64,000 nucleotides of DNA from Trichosphaerium sp. ATCC 40318 (GCA_038496445.1 JALMLS010000307.1:48922-112921), one strand, 5' to 3'; shown: positions 23,615-38,025, numbered from the stretch's first letter. Translations and numbers: made by a program. The notes: generated by a model not told the origin, from the letters alone.

Positions 23615-25933
23615 TCAAGCAACAAAACCATCAATGCTGCTACAAACGATGTCCATAACTTGCCCGATGTACTCGACATCCGCCTTTAAAAAAACAGCGT
23701 TAGTATTAATGAAACGTAGTGTAACATTTGTAAGAGGGGACGTACTGCTGTTAGGCACATGACTGGCTTAATACGTAAGACGTTTCCATCCAATCCTCCC
23801 TTGCCAATAAGCAAGTTGTTCTCTTTGAGCATCTCTAAGATCAATGCAGCTGTTTTACCATCTGGTTGTCGTGATTTCTTATCCTTAACAATCTCGACAC
23901 CAAGCATAAGACCTACAGAGTGCTATTAAACGACAAATCCTAAATTTAGCGCAGAGGAAAACATGGTTTTTTTTTCTTTGTTTTTTGTTGTTTTTTTTTA
24001 CTTACCTTTGCCTCTGACGTCACCAATGAAGTCATACTTCTTTTGTAAATCCTCCAACTTCTCTTTCAAGAGTCCTCCAAGCTCTAGAGCACGCCTTTGG
24101 ATATGTTCTTTATCGATCACATCGAGTACAGCTGTAGCAAATGACGTTAACAACAATCCCAAAAAAAAAAAAAAAAAAAAAGTGTTTCGGAAATTATACC
24201 ATTGCCAACAGCTGAAGCTACTGGATTTCCACCGTATGTGTTGAAATGAATTTTTTGAGCTAAACTTTTAGCAATTTCTGGAGTCGTCACGACTGCTGCA
24301 AGTGGTATACCATTACCAATACCTTTGTTATGATAGTAAGTATCAATACATGATCATCATGTTAAAAAAGTCGTAACATACCTTTAGCACAAGTGACAAT
24401 ATCAGGTACGACACCATGATTCTCGAAATCCCAGAAACTAGTACCAGTTCGTCCAAAACCTGTTTGCACTTCATCTGAAATACACACGCCACCATGTTCA
24501 CGTACAATACCGTATACCTCCTCAAGGTAACCTTGAGGCATAACAACTGTACCACCAACACCCTAAGTTAAGCGTTCAGTACAGACGAAGAGTTACTTCC
24601 ATGAGAACGAACATCACAAAAAGAGGCTAAAAAATTGAATTTCTTGGATAGAATCCAGAAAAACTTTCGAGAAGAATGAAAAAAATTTGAAAAAGTAAAA
24701 AAAGTTAAGTACCTGTATTGGTTCAGCAATGAAACCAGCAATACTTCCAGTTGTTGCTGTGCGTATCAAATTCTTGACATCCCATGCGTATTTTGATGCC
24801 ATATCAGGATCATCGTACTTGAACGGTCCTCTGAGGGAGATTTTATTAAAACAACGTCTAGGAATGGTTTACGTACTGGTATCCGTCTGGACAGAGTGCG
24901 TGGTGTACGCTAGTTCCCTTTAAAACAATAAAATCAGACGAGAAAGTAGGCCAAGTTTCAGAAAATGAAAAAAAGTTTCAGGTGAATTACGTACTTGTGT
25001 GACAGGGTATTTCCATGTATGATGTGCTGTTAGACCCATTGTAGATGGGCTCATACCATGGTAGGCATTTCTCAAAGCGATCTTACGAAAAGGGAAATTA
25101 GTGGCTCAGAAATGCGTATATTGAGTTTTAGGTAGTACCATATCAGCGTTGCCTGTATGGAGTCTTGCCATGAGCATAGCGAGGTCATTTGCTTCAGACC
25201 CAGAATTAACGAAATAGCACACTACGCGGAGTCAATAAATCTATCAAAACAGTAGCTGAAGCGAGAATATAGCACTTGTGATTGATTTACGAGGTTTTCC
25301 GTAGCGCTTACCTTTCAAATCACCGGGAAATTTGGAAGCAAAATTTTTAGCGTATTTTGCGATGTTCTCATGCAAATAAATGGTTGTGGAGTGTTGTAAG
25401 CTGAAGAAATAATAAGACAACGTCGAAATAAATAAATATTTATCGTACAGGTCCATCTGCTGTTTTGCCACAGCTGTAACATGAGGGTGACAGTGCCCAA
25501 CGCTTACAGTGACGATACCTGTTGTGTGTTTTTGATTTAAAAAAAGATATCCCGTACAGCTTAGTTTTCGTACCTCCAATAGCGTCCAAATAGCGAGAAC
25601 CCTCTTCATCCCAAACATACTTGAGTAGAGTTAATTTAAAAGTTATTCGTTAACGGAAGTGCAAGTTGAAAGATACTGTACCTGCATTTTACCTTGTGCC
25701 ATCAAGAAAGGCTCTTTGTAGTATTTAAACAACGCAGGATTCAGGTGCTCATCACGGATCTCTAAAATCTCCTCCTTGGACAGCCCTGTGTATGGTGCCG
25801 GTTGGAAATCGAAGGGTGGTAGGCGAGGTGCGCGTTTTGTCGTATATTTGCGAGTAGCGGCGTGTTTGGTTGTTCTAATACTTCTAGTACATACTCTACG
25901 ATTTCTAGAAGCTGCAATTGATTGTCTAAGCAT
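23615..25933 (-). CDS. AGXT2: Alanine-glyoxylate aminotransferase 2 (class III PLP aminotransferase, mitochondrial)
   Basis: Basic presequence; [14 protein letters not shown]; [12 protein letters not shown]; GFIAEPIQ; [11 protein letters not shown]; AK|[11 protein letters not shown]; DVRGKG|[10 protein letters not shown]; GNVLRIKP. Confidence 0.95.
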
Positions 25934-26035
25934 GGTGTATTGTACTAGTAGATAGAACTTTAAAAAAAGAGCGAGTTTTCTGCCTTCAAAGCCACTTTGC
26001 TTAGTTAGACGAGCAAATCTGTTTGCTCACGAAAT

Positions 26036-28788
26036 ATGCAAGGTGACGGGCAAAACCTTCACCAAAACTTGCGTAATGCGCACCTTGCCAATACCAAACA
26101 TGAAGACAACCAACAGCTCGTAGTACACGATTTAAACCCAGTACTTGTGTTACAACAATCTGATGGCAGTGGTTACAGTAATCAGGCACTTTCACCTACT
26201 GTAGACCAGGTGGTACAACTATTGATCGTTGTTTAATTTTTTTTTTACAGTTTTTAGGTCCAATCACAGGCTGGATACGTGCAGACTACACAAATAGCGC
26301 GTACGTGACAGATGTATCCATTTATTCGTTTCTAACGTCTGAATTCGTAGAAGGAGGCATACAACATAGCTCTATGGATCAACAATGCGCAGCATTTGTT
26401 TCAAACGAGGTAAGTTGGTTAACTTGGCAAATACCAATTAAAACACAATAAAGTGTCTCAAAACGGTTGCAAGACGCTTAAAATACTAATTTTAACGCGG
26501 TTGTATTATCAACTAACACTTTCTCGTTGTTTAAAATAGTTTTTGTGGCCGTTAAGGGACTTACGCCTTTAGATACGCGATGGAAGCATGGAGAGTGCGA
26601 ATGAGGTAATAGCGAGTCATACACAACCAAGTGTTGTCGCTGGGCCAATCAGACCTATAGAAGACACTATTGGAGATGATCCACACCCTGAGTCTGCTAA
26701 AAAGCTTAAATTGAGAAAACAAGACAATCAAAAAAAATTAATCATTTGCTTTCTACGCGCTGCAACGCGCGTAACTGAAGAGGTATTTGGTTTTTTATTT
26801 CGTTTTTGGCCACTATTTACTTCAAAAATACGCCCAGCTAATAGTTATACGCTTATATAGGCGTCTCATGGTGTTAGATGTCAAAATCAAAAAAGTCCTC
26901 CACTCGATAAAGCAAAGTGCGTCTACATTTTGTGATTGTTCTTCATAGTGTGCTAATTATAACCGTCTTTCTAGATTGTACAATATTTTTAATGACAACG
27001 TGCGTCACACTGTGGTTTTGCAATGTTGAAATTTTTTTCTTCAAAAAAAAACTTTGTTTTCTTCTTAAGTCCTTGCTGTGGTATAACTTGACTTGATGTT
27101 TCTGGTTTCGAGTTTTTGTTCGCGTGTTTAATTTAGTTTTGTTTTCACATTCTAAAGGCTACAAATAAATTACACTAGTTGACATTTTAACCTAGATTTA
27201 AACTCACAAACTTTTTTTATGAATTTTATTTTTTTGAAGACTTGTGACCTTTTTGCCTTATCTCACTCATTTAATAGTTTCGTACAGACCCTCCTTTATC
27301 AATGTCTGTATTTTGGAAATACACAAAGCGTGAAGTATACACATCGAAAGAAGTTCATAAAAACCGTAAAACTGGCGGATACAAAGGTACGTCTTTTTTC
27401 ACCTTTTTTTTTTTTTGACATGATTTTTTTTTGTTGAAATAATACTCGCTTGTACTTACACGTGTTTGTCTATTTTATTTAGGATTCAGTGGTGTACGTT
27501 TTCGTAATTTCAGAATGCCAGGAGAAAGCAAGATAATGAATGAAGAGCTTGACAAGGTTGAAGCTTTCATAAAGTCATCAAGACAGAAATTACTCACTGA
27601 CCTCGTCATGGCCTCTGAGAATTATACTTTTAAGCAAGACAGTACTTCTAGATATAATCGTAAGAGATCAGCAACAGAAGCTCAGATAACAGGACCACAA
27701 GTAGTACGTACACTTTGTGACTAAGTTATATTTTTTTTTATTTTTTGAAAAAACCCTGTTCCGCAAGAAAGAAAAAGCTCCTTTTAACCAAAATAATCGG
27801 TAAAAAAGTAGTGTAAATATATATACTATCACTACAGGCTTACAATATTTTAATAATTTTTGTTGGTGGGGTAAATTTCGCCTGTGAATGGAAATTTATT
27901 TTCGACTTTTTTTTTGTTTTTTTTTCCTTCAGGAGTTTATTCGTTTTAGACTCTGCTTGAAAGTACTCCTGACATCGGACCACCTATCCTTCCAGGAACA
28001 CAGGTAGACGTTAATCAAGTTTCTAATGACTTTTGTTTAAATACGAGTCAGCAGGATACCCTTGTAGACGTGCAGCAACATAAACGTGCTCGAACAAACC
28101 AACATTTATCACAACAAGAACAATCTTTACTTCAGAATTTATTGACACCAATCGCTATTGAGGGATTAACGTACGACAACCGCCCATTAAGCTTTTTTTT
28201 TTTGCACTCAACATACATAGCCAGTTATTTGAATATCAAATCAAATCGAAGCAACTTTCATTTCGGCTTTATTTTTTTTTCTTATTTTTTTCTGATTATA
28301 TTTTTTCTAGGCTACTGGGAGATCCACGTGTCATAGCACATTTACGTAGTTTAAAAACAACAAATAATAATAATAATGGTCTTTCTGGTCTTGTTGGGAT
28401 ATTACCTGTTTTAGAGTCTGTCAAACAACAAAAAGACAATTCAACAAATAATTTGGGCATGGTACAAATGAACTACAACAGAGACATGTCTGATGTCCCT
28501 GCACTTACAAGATTACAAGATAATAGACAACAAATGCTTCAACAACAACAACATCATCAGCATCACCAACAACATCAACAAATCCAACAGATGGGAGGAC
28601 AAATGGGATTAATACAGAGCAGTTCTTTATCTTTACCAAACATTGATTTACAAAATCAGACTGAGACTAAGATTGAGGCTCATGGTGTTGTTGATGATCA
28701 TGGTCGATCTTTTAATTTAGACTTAAAAATGGATCATGGTATAAGACTTAATCAAGCGTCAACTAGAGGCACTCTACAGAACCAGTAA
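26036..28788 (+). CDS. Gln-rich putative transcription factor with an RFX-like winged-helix segment (multi-exon)
   Basis: Exons read LDKAKLYNIFNDN...PPLSMSVFWKYTKREVY...KTGGYKGFSGVRFR, resembling the RFX DNA-binding domain pattern, with a Q/H-rich C-terminus. One splice junction (~27000-27288) could not be phased. Confidence 0.5.
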
Positions 28789-29429
28789 AGTGTCATCCAA
28801 TCATCCAATATTTTTATGGATTGGTCCCAAAAAAGGTTTTTCTGTACAGTTTTTTTTGCCTCCTTGGCGTATTGGTAGCTGTTGGGATAAGTGTGTTCTC
28901 AAATAGATCTATTGCCAAAATTGAAATGCATGGCTATGTAGTAGTGTAGTGTTTTTTCAAGGCATTTTGTAAATAATAATAAAAAAGTTAGTAGGCTGAA
29001 CTTCTTTATTGATTGTAGCGCTTTGAATGAGTTTGTGTTACAACGTCTTGTGTCACTGACGCTGACTGTCACTGCCAATGCTGTAACAGGCATTGGGTTA
29101 TCATTGATATTAGTATTGCTTTTGTATTGACCCATCATGTAAATAACGCATAAAGTCACATACTTGTGTTTCGTTTCTGTTTTGTGCACTTCTGAAATTC
29201 CAAGTTTTTTGATTTAGAGTTTATAACCGTTAAATAAATTCCACCAAACGTTTGCTAAGTAGAGGTACTGACGCGTGGAGTGTCAATGGTAATATTCGCT
29301 AATAACTACGTCCACTACGAATGGAATAAGACAAGTAGAAAAAAAATTACTCGTTTCGTAGCACGTTTCGCGAACCAAAACCTTGATGCCTCGCTTGTGA
29401 AAGGACCAGTATAATGCTTGAGCTCTATG

Positions 29430-30140
29430 AAATGTGCATTATCCATATTTGAATAGTTTACTTGGATATTTCAGAGAAGCGTATCCCACAATTTGTTTTT
29501 TGGATAATATGCAACGTATAAAAGTATTTTTGGATTACCCATCAAATGATGAAAGAACCTTGTGCTTCTTTCATAAAGAACAACGACTTCATAACCGAGC
29601 ATGATATTATAGAAAGCACATGAGATGGCAATTTCTCCTTCCTACTATCGAAGGGCTTTAGAACTGTGGGCACTAGGGGTTCCTAAAGTCTTCGAGCGAC
29701 TGCGTGACTTGTGTTTCTAGTGCGACCTTGTCATACGGATCCGGTTACTCGACGTATAGTTGGATTAAAAGGTCTAGTGCAGAGTGTGTGTATTTCTATA
29801 GTGTCTGTCTCAATGAGGTTGGCGGCGAGCAAGCTACTCAATGTCTCAACTGCTATCTTCGGTTCTTCTACAGCTGATGATCAAGGTAGTTGCGTTGTTT
29901 TTGCTTGTTTTTGATGATTGTGGTAACAATAGCTTTGGTAGGTAAGATTGCAGAGCTAGCGAAAAGAACAAAAGCTGAGTGTTCTAGAAATAGTGTTATT
30001 AGCTCTTGTCATATTTCTCTTGACTAAAAGCACTGTTGTCAAAAATTGGCTCTTATCTATTGATGATATTCTATTTTATAGATCCGTGTCACATTCTCCT
30101 TATTGAATTGTGGGTACACTTGAATATATCTGATAGTTTA
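29430..30140 (+). pseudogene. Possible decayed F-box/LRR gene
   Basis: Fragments TWIFQRSVSHNLF, KLLNVSTAIFGSSTADDQG and VHLNISDSL loosely echo the F-box and LRR units at 5644-7923. Multiple stops. Confidence 0.3.
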
Positions 30141-30157
30141 CTTTTTTTTTTTTACAT

Positions 30158-32734
30158 CTAATTTACAAAGTGGTCATTTTGTTGAGCACAATCATCAAGC
30201 AGTGGTTGCATCCATCTAGATTGCCAGTCACGTTCGTTTAATTTCACACGAACACATAGTTCCTTTGAACCATCATCATACATTTCAAGTACGAATTGTG
30301 CCTTATTATTAGGATCAAGCAATCTACAATCAGGAACACGTGACTCAAACTGAAACGACTCAAGAAGACCCTCATCCTCTGGATTGAATTCGTCTTGTCC
30401 GTAAGCATAATCATCGTCGTCTACTTCATACTCTAGAGTACGCTTTCTCCTTTTTGCTGGTTGCTTACGCCTCTTTCCATTACTTCGTTTGGTCTGTCTC
30501 GTAGCTAGCCATGCTATTAGCACAAAGAGGAAAGAAAAATAAAAAGAATAAATTGTTACCTCTCTTTCTCTTGCGGCGTGTGTTCGTAGTATACGTTGGT
30601 TGCGTTGGGTAGGGATCATCCAATATCTTCCATGTTTTACTATTGTATGTCTCTAATATATCTTCTTCTTCGTCTGCTTCGTCATCGTAGTTGATCTCAA
30701 ACTGACCGAATGTCTGAAACAAATCAATAAATATAGAACACTTCAAATTATACTTTGTTTGATAGAGCGTACCGCGTTATATCTAGAAACAGTACCAGGC
30801 CACCAACGACCATTCGACCATAAAATCATGACACGTTTTCCAACTAAGTCGGCAGGAGGTTCTTCCTACAAGAAAGGTCAAAAAACACTTTTCCAAAACA
30901 CACTAATTTTTTCTTTTCAAAAAAAAAACCAGTACCGGTGCCTGCTCTTGGGAGATATCTGAGTACTGAGGATACGTGTGGCGACCAGTACTACCTTGAG
31001 CCGCTCCCGTAATGACATTATCGAAATCAACCATTTGAGTATCAGTGGGTTGTGCAGCGGACACTAATAGGACACCACGCTGATACATGATATCGGCCTT
31101 TCCACCTGCAGTCTTATCATCATACAGTACACGTCCTCTAGCGTTTTGAGACAAGAACGCAGTGTCCCTATCATGAACAAAAGTCGGCTTTTTTTGTGAC
31201 TGACCAGAGAGGTAAGTGAAATCCGAGTTTGTGAACCTATACACGTTTTGCATAGCATCTTGTTCATTAAAACCTTCGAATTGGTGTATCACTGGAATCA
31301 CGTGACACTCGAATCTCTTGGATAGCGTTTCGTAGATAACTTTATCAACGCCTTCCAACTGGTCACCGTCAAGCTTAGAAAAAGGGTATCGACCAGTGAG
31401 GAAGATGCCAAGTTGTTCTGAGTTTTTAAGAGAAATTAGAACAACGATAACAATAATCAATATGAAAAATAGTTTAGTCACTTACCAGCTTCTTCGTTTA
31501 GTGCAGATTGCACTTCATTTGTAAAAGAACCGAGCATTTTATTCTCGGTCAAAGGCAAAACACGGACATTGTGACATTGAAGGTCTTGATTGGCGATTGG
31601 CGAACTGGACGACATCACATCATAGTGTAGCGCTATTACACGACCATCTGAAAAACATTGAGCTGTATAATCAGCTCCCTTTCTGTAAGCACACCAATGA
31701 ATAGTAGTTGATTCGTGTTCTCCTATGAGCATGTTACTTTTAGGTGCATTCTTCAAATTTCATTAATATAACCGTACCAAAAGTGAAGCGTTCCTCGACC
31801 CCTTTGTATGTTATGTCAATACTTCGATCCCATTTTGAAGGAAGAAATACTACCACGTGACCAACATGATCTCCCTTTTGAAGAGGTTCTGAATGATGTG
31901 TGAGTGCTGTGGCATAAGGTGCTATTTAAAGAGAAAAAAAAAAGACAAAATTGGATTTTCAACGAAAATGATCTTCTAGAAGTGACTGACCTTTTGGTTC
32001 CTTTTGATCAGTTGCTCCCGTAAGTACTGTAAATCCAGCCTTAGATAGAGTAACTTTATTACCATTACCAAATGCTTTCGATACAGCATCAGCAATGTTA
32101 CTGAGGAAGTATTCGCCTTCTGTCGTATCATACATGCACTGAACACCACTACGACACACTGTTAACTAATAGAATACAAAATACCATTCTAGCGTACTCA
32201 GAAGATTGCATTTCAAGCGACCAGGACATCCTGATAAAGACTTTTCGTTAGTTTTCGATGAAGTTCCCAAAAGGACAAAAAAAATAAATTTTCAATCAAA
32301 ATCATATTTGATTGAATGAAAGCTCACAGGCGTACCCTTTATTGGTTTTATTACCCCCTTTAGATGCGTTAAAAATCACTTGCAAGTTATCAAGGGTTGC
32401 TGATAGTTGGGCCGTGGTGTTTGCTGAAATAAAAAAAATATGTTAAAAACCCATCTCATATGACTAAAACGAACGTTGTGATAATGTCAGGCGAAGATTT
32501 TTCATCTCGTGTTGTGTTAGCGACTCGTTTCCTCCACAACATAAAATTGATCCTGTGTGTACTTCCTTGAGTGCATTGAGTACTCGCGAGAAGGTGCCAT
32601 CGTATGCTGAAGTTGTTTTAGGCGTTTCTACAAAGTAAAACGGGCGTACACGTTTTTACTTGTCCAAGGCAATGGCCCTTCCATCGGCACATGCGTGTGG
32701 CTTTATCAAAGGCATTAGAGTTTTCATCATCCAT
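30158..32734 (-). CDS. Multi-exon protein: degenerate 2OG-Fe(II) oxygenase-like region + Tudor-like domain + acidic/basic tail
   Basis: GHVVVFLPSKWDRSIDITYKG..HWCAYRKGADYTAQCFSDGRVIALHYDV; LGIFLTGRYPFSKLDGDQLEGVD; YQRGVLLV; then DLVGKRVMILWSNGRWWPGTVSRYNA|TFGQFEINYDD. The start codon is uncertain. Confidence 0.55.
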
Positions 32735-33142
32735 CTACAGTTTTTGGTAAGTTTTCGAAAACAAAGTGTAAACGAGAACAATTAGCATGTTATTGCGCCT
32801 CAGATGCAGTGGTACGAAATACGTTGAAGTTCAACGAAGTATTGCCGTGTGCCGTTCGTGAGTGTTTAAAATAGGGTTATATGCATACCTTTTCCTTTTT
32901 AATGCTTTTAACCGTTCGTTCAACAAAAACAGCGACAATAGTTAGCGAGAAGATAAACTGTTCCTCTCCAGTGGTAGAATTGTTATTTTTATGGTTTGTT
33001 ATATGATTGAAAGCGGTTGTTTTGACTCGCAAAGATTTTAGTACGCCGATTTTTGACAAAAGTCACAAAAAGTATGAACGGACTCAAAATTCAATAAAAA
33101 AGAAATGCCTTTGCTTTCTCTTTAACATCAGTCGCATCTTAA

Positions 33143-35096
33143 ATGAGTAAAGACAACAATACAGGCAAAGGTGGCGGCTTCAGTTTTGGGCTGTCTAGCA
33201 CAGCGGCTCCAAAGAAGAGACGTCGAATACAGGTGCAAGAAGAAGAGGACGGACCTGTAGCAGAGCTAATTACAAAGGTAGTAGGTTCGGATATCCAAAC
33301 GTGCGCAATTACGCTAAAAACCCTCACCACTAACTAATTACAGTGCCACAAAGAAGAAAGACTTAATTATCCCTTTAACCGATAGAACAGGAACAACAAT
33401 CGCTCGTCGAGGTACGCAATCACCTCTATGTTGCACACTCTTAACGTGGTGATCAAATGCAACATACTTATCCTCTACCCACAAGATATTAGAACCCAAA
33501 AAGCTGCGTAACGATCCTGAGGCAAATAGACGCGAAAAAGAGCAAAAGAAGAAGAAAAAAGAAACTCTGACGGAAGAATTACAAGGAGAGGTCTACGGTC
33601 TTATTACAGTAAAGAAAAAGGCTCCGGATACAACAGTAGAGTACGACGACGAAGAATTACCAGATTTTCTTCGTGATAGGTTAAATGACCTAAAACAAGC
33701 AGGAGCTGGTAATGAACAGGTGCGTACATTTTAAAAGAACAAAACAAAGCAAAAATAAACCCCAAAAAAACAAATGGTTATTTCAATCAAGGAGAAAAAA
33801 AACTTACTTTTTTGTTGCAACAGGCGATACTTAAAAAGGATCTCGATATACTACCAGACTACGACTCTAAATCATATGGTCGTGTATCAGTAGAAGGATT
33901 TGGAGAAGCGCTAATGCGTGGTATGGGATGGAAACCTGGTAAGGCCATCGGAAGGAATTGTACAGAGTACGTCTTCGTTCTTTCATTTTCCTTTTTTTTA
34001 TTTTGCTTTTTCGGATTTTGGCTTTTTGGTTTTGTCTCCCCTTTTACTCGTGTCAAACACTTCTAATATTTCTTGTAGGGTAGCTAAAATTTATGATCCA
34101 AAACCAAGGCATCATAGACTCGGTTTAGGTGCTAAACCAAAACCACCAGAGCTTCGTGAACGACGTTCATACTCTGAAAAAGAAAAACGCAAAATTTTCA
34201 AACAGCTTGAAAGAAGAGGTCTAGTACCTGGTGTATTGGTTAGTTGTGTTGGAAAATGGGAAGGCCATTATGGTGTTCTACTACAGACAGGATTAGAGCA
34301 GGTAATTATCTAATAGCCGAAAGAATGATTCAAGATTGATTTCTTCCTTTGTTTTAAAAGTATAAATCTTATCCTCGACTCAGGGTCTTTCTAGGTAATT
34401 GTGCGATTAAGTGATAAGCAAGAAGTACTTATAGAACATGGAGAAGTTAGCAAAGTAGTTGTAGACAGCTTTTCTAGAAATCATCCAGCAGTACTCTTCT
34501 GGAGAAAAAACAAGAACAGATTGGCACTTACAAAATACGTACGTTCTCGCATCACGTTTTTTTCACGTTTTTTTTCCCCTTCCTGACTGTTTCATCTATA
34601 GATTGACCAAGATGAAGAACCACATGATTACCAAGAACCAGATCGTGATGGATCCAAACGTAAACGTGAAGTGCAAGCGGATAATTATGATAAACCTGCT
34701 AAAAAAAGAAAGAGCTCTTCAAGGGAGAAAAAACCTCTTTGGCTTATGCCTGATATCCGTGTTCGTGTTCGAACAAAGAAGCCTTACAAAGGAAAGTATT
34801 ACGCACATAAAGGATGTGTTATGGATGTTCTACCGAATAGGACATGCTCAATTCGTCTGGAAACAGGAAATCGGAATGTTATTTACGACATACGACAGAG
34901 GGATTTGGAAACTGTTTTACCTAAAGTCAAGGGTGTCGTTGTTATTGTTAGAGGAGAAAGACGTAATGAGAAGGGTAAATTAGTCAAAGTGAGTTATGAT
35001 AAGGATATTGCTCAGATACAAATGTTTGATGATATGACCATTTTCTCTTGTAAATTGGATGATGCAGCTCAGTATCTTGGCCGTGTAGATTACTAA
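33143..35096 (+). CDS. GPKOW: G-patch and KOW domain splicing factor (GPKOW/Spp2/MOS2)
   Basis: YGRVSVEGFGEALMRGMGWKPGKAIG; PRHHRLGLGAKP; WLMPDIRVRV..GKYYAHKGCVMDV; QRDLETVLPK..VVIVRG. Confidence 0.9.
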
Positions 35097-35519
35097 AAAT
35101 TAATAATTATAAAAACAACCTCCTTCGAAAAATAAGTGAAAATCACACGCAAGAAAAACCAAAAAAAAAATAAATAAAATCACGTGTCAATTGCAAATTT
35201 CTGTTTCCCTTCTCGACGCTACTTGGTTTATTTTTGTGCCTGATTGGGTTTTTCAAAGCTGCACTAACACTGGCAAGATACACTATTTTGGGTTCATATG
35301 AGCATATTACTTTAGAGACCTGTTGTATCGGTGTATAGGACTGGGTTAGAGATATACGACCATGATTGTATCTGACGTCATGTTCCACTATCGGACCGGC
35401 TATGATATCATAGCTATATCTCCGTAGACAGTACTAAAGTGGTAAACTGGTGGCTATTGCCAACAAGGCAGTGCTAAGGAAACATGCAGTTGAATTGTTT
35501 TGACAATAATATTGGTAAA

Positions 35520-38025
35520 ATGGAACCTAATGAGGAGCCGAATAGCTCGTCGTCCTCGGAGGTAGAAGTCGATACAGAAACCAAAGCAAAACCAAAGAAT
35601 AAGTCTAATCGAAAAGAATGCGTAAAACCAAGGCAATCGCAAATACGTACGTGAATAGCTATGCTGTTAGCCATGGAGTACGCATTTAGAATATTCGTAG
35701 TTGAGGGAATTTGGCTGAGCGGTCCAAGAGGAAAGGTTATAAAGGAAATGTACGAACACTTTAACCCCTTGTACCTCTTACAAACGGTGATATTTTTTAC
35801 GTAGAGTTGACACTGAGAAGGTAAAAAAATGGACCCATGCGTATTATCACGTGTTCTTACAAACATATCTAGGCGTATTTGAGAGATCTTTATGTATTTC
35901 TAAGGGTATGTCGACAACAAAAAACAAAAAACTAAAAAATCTTGTTTGGTTAAATTTTGTACATTTACGGGTAGTATCCATCCCTTTATTGTTATTTTTA
36001 GGTATATTACAGACCTTTGGAAATAGCATGTGCAAAAGGGTCCCCAATAATCGCTCCTAAATACGTATGTGTTACAACAAAAACACGTGATTTGTTTTCT
36101 AATATTTTTTGTTTTTTTCTTTTTAGGTTGGTTTTATTTTTAACAATATCAAACATATCTACCAGTTCAACTATGAGTTTTTCAAAGCGTTACAGGATAG
36201 AATAGAAGACTGGGAAGAGAAACCAACTGTTTCAGATGTATTCATTAACTTTGTAAGCCATATACAGTCATCAGAGCAACAACACAAAAATACTAACTTT
36301 GTAAACATTTAGGCACCTTACCTCAAATCGTACATGAGGTAACATACACATACCATTGCGTGCAAGTCCTTTTATTAACAGTCTTTGTTAGTTACATCAA
36401 TAATTTGACAGATATACAAGAAATTGTAAAGACGTTTTCTTCCAGTTCGAAAGTTTCAGCATTCTTGGCGGTACTAAAATAATAATTTTTTTATATGCCA
36501 CTAGAGATTAATTTTTTGACATTTCAGAAATGTTCTAAAGACCATGATGTCGGTGGTCAAGATATGGACTCCTATTTGATAAAACCAGTACAACGCGTTA
36601 CACGATACCCTCTTCTCATACGTGTAAGTCTTTTGAGGCGTTGTTAAAATCAATGAAAAGAGCACTTACAAAATATTATCAGGATCTGATTAAACACACA
36701 AAGAAAGACAGTCCAGACTATGCTGCGTTACAGGAGACTTTTCAGGAAATATCAAAAGTTGCAGAGAAGCTGAATGAAGCAAGAGCACAATCCCAGAAGC
36801 GTCATGAAATGCTTCGTGTACAAAAACTATTAAGTTCTACAGGCATCGTTAAGTCAAAATCTAGCCTTCTAAATATTGACTGGTTTTTTTTCTTTTAGGA
36901 TTTATTAGAGCCTGGAAGGACACTTCATGAATCCGGTCCTTTAGGTTTAGTTAGAGGAGGTAAATTACGGTCTGTCACAGTGTATGTTGTCGTTCTTGTT
37001 CGTTTTCATGTTTCAACGTGTCAGCCAAGTTAAATGGGTTTTTTTCAGGTATATGTTCAATGATGGACTGTTGATTACTGAGGTCAGACGAAAGAAGCCT
37101 AGGATTGTTGCTTTTTTATTTTTAAACAGACTTCAAGTACGTCTTTAATAAAACCTGTCTGTGAAGGATAGCAAGCTAAATATGTACCTAGGGGTTGACA
37201 TTTCTTCCAGGGAAGGATTTTAAGTTCAAAATGTCATTCAGCAATGCAGAGTGCGTGTTTCACGCGAAAGACGACAAGGAACGACAAGAGTATGTCAGTT
37301 GTAACATCATTGTGTATCTACGTAGATCAAAATTGACACTTTTGTTTTAACTAAAAGATGGGTGGCACGCTTCACGCAACACATGTCTGCGTTCTCACAG
37401 AAGAAGAATCACGACACAACAATGAAGAGAAAGTTCGGATTGGTCAACAAAAAACGACCTTATTCGAGGTAAGACCTCACCTCCTTGCTTTTTTCTTACA
37501 CGTTTACCCTTTTAGTCGGGTTAGAGCAAAAACAGTTGTAATCGATGAATGTTCATCATCATCTTCTACTTCATCAGCTAAACAACGTGCAAAGTCAATG
37601 GATGGCGCTAGACTACGTTCTATTATTTCACAAGCGAGTATCGAGAAACCAGAAAGGGAACCAGATCCGCGACCTTCGCTGCGTCGTACTGTCTCCAATG
37701 TGTACGTAGAACTGACTAATAAGCATCTTAATTTTTTTTGCCCAGCTCTACATCGTCCTTGATCTCCGAAGTAGAAGGAGAGCCAGCCGAAGTTACAACG
37801 GATAGAATCCGTCGACACAACTCAATAACGAATGGCATCTCAAAAAGGGTTTTGCGCGATAGCCCTCTTCGTCCAACCAAGAAGGCGCCTAGAATACCAC
37901 GTAATAGGCCTGATCAAGTGTTAGAACGTACTCCATCGTTTCAAAGACGTACACGCGGACTATCGGAGTCCAGGAGGCGGTTTGCAGCCATGCTCGAGTC
38001 TAAAGCAAGAGGAGGTAATTCTTGA
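35520..38025 (+). CDS. RhoGEF (DH-PH) protein
   Basis: RGKVIKEIVDTEKAYLRDL; LFFNNIKHI; MDSYLIKPVQRVTRYPLLI|DLIKHTKKDSPDY; PH-like YMFNDGLLI; Ser-rich tail. Confidence 0.85.
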
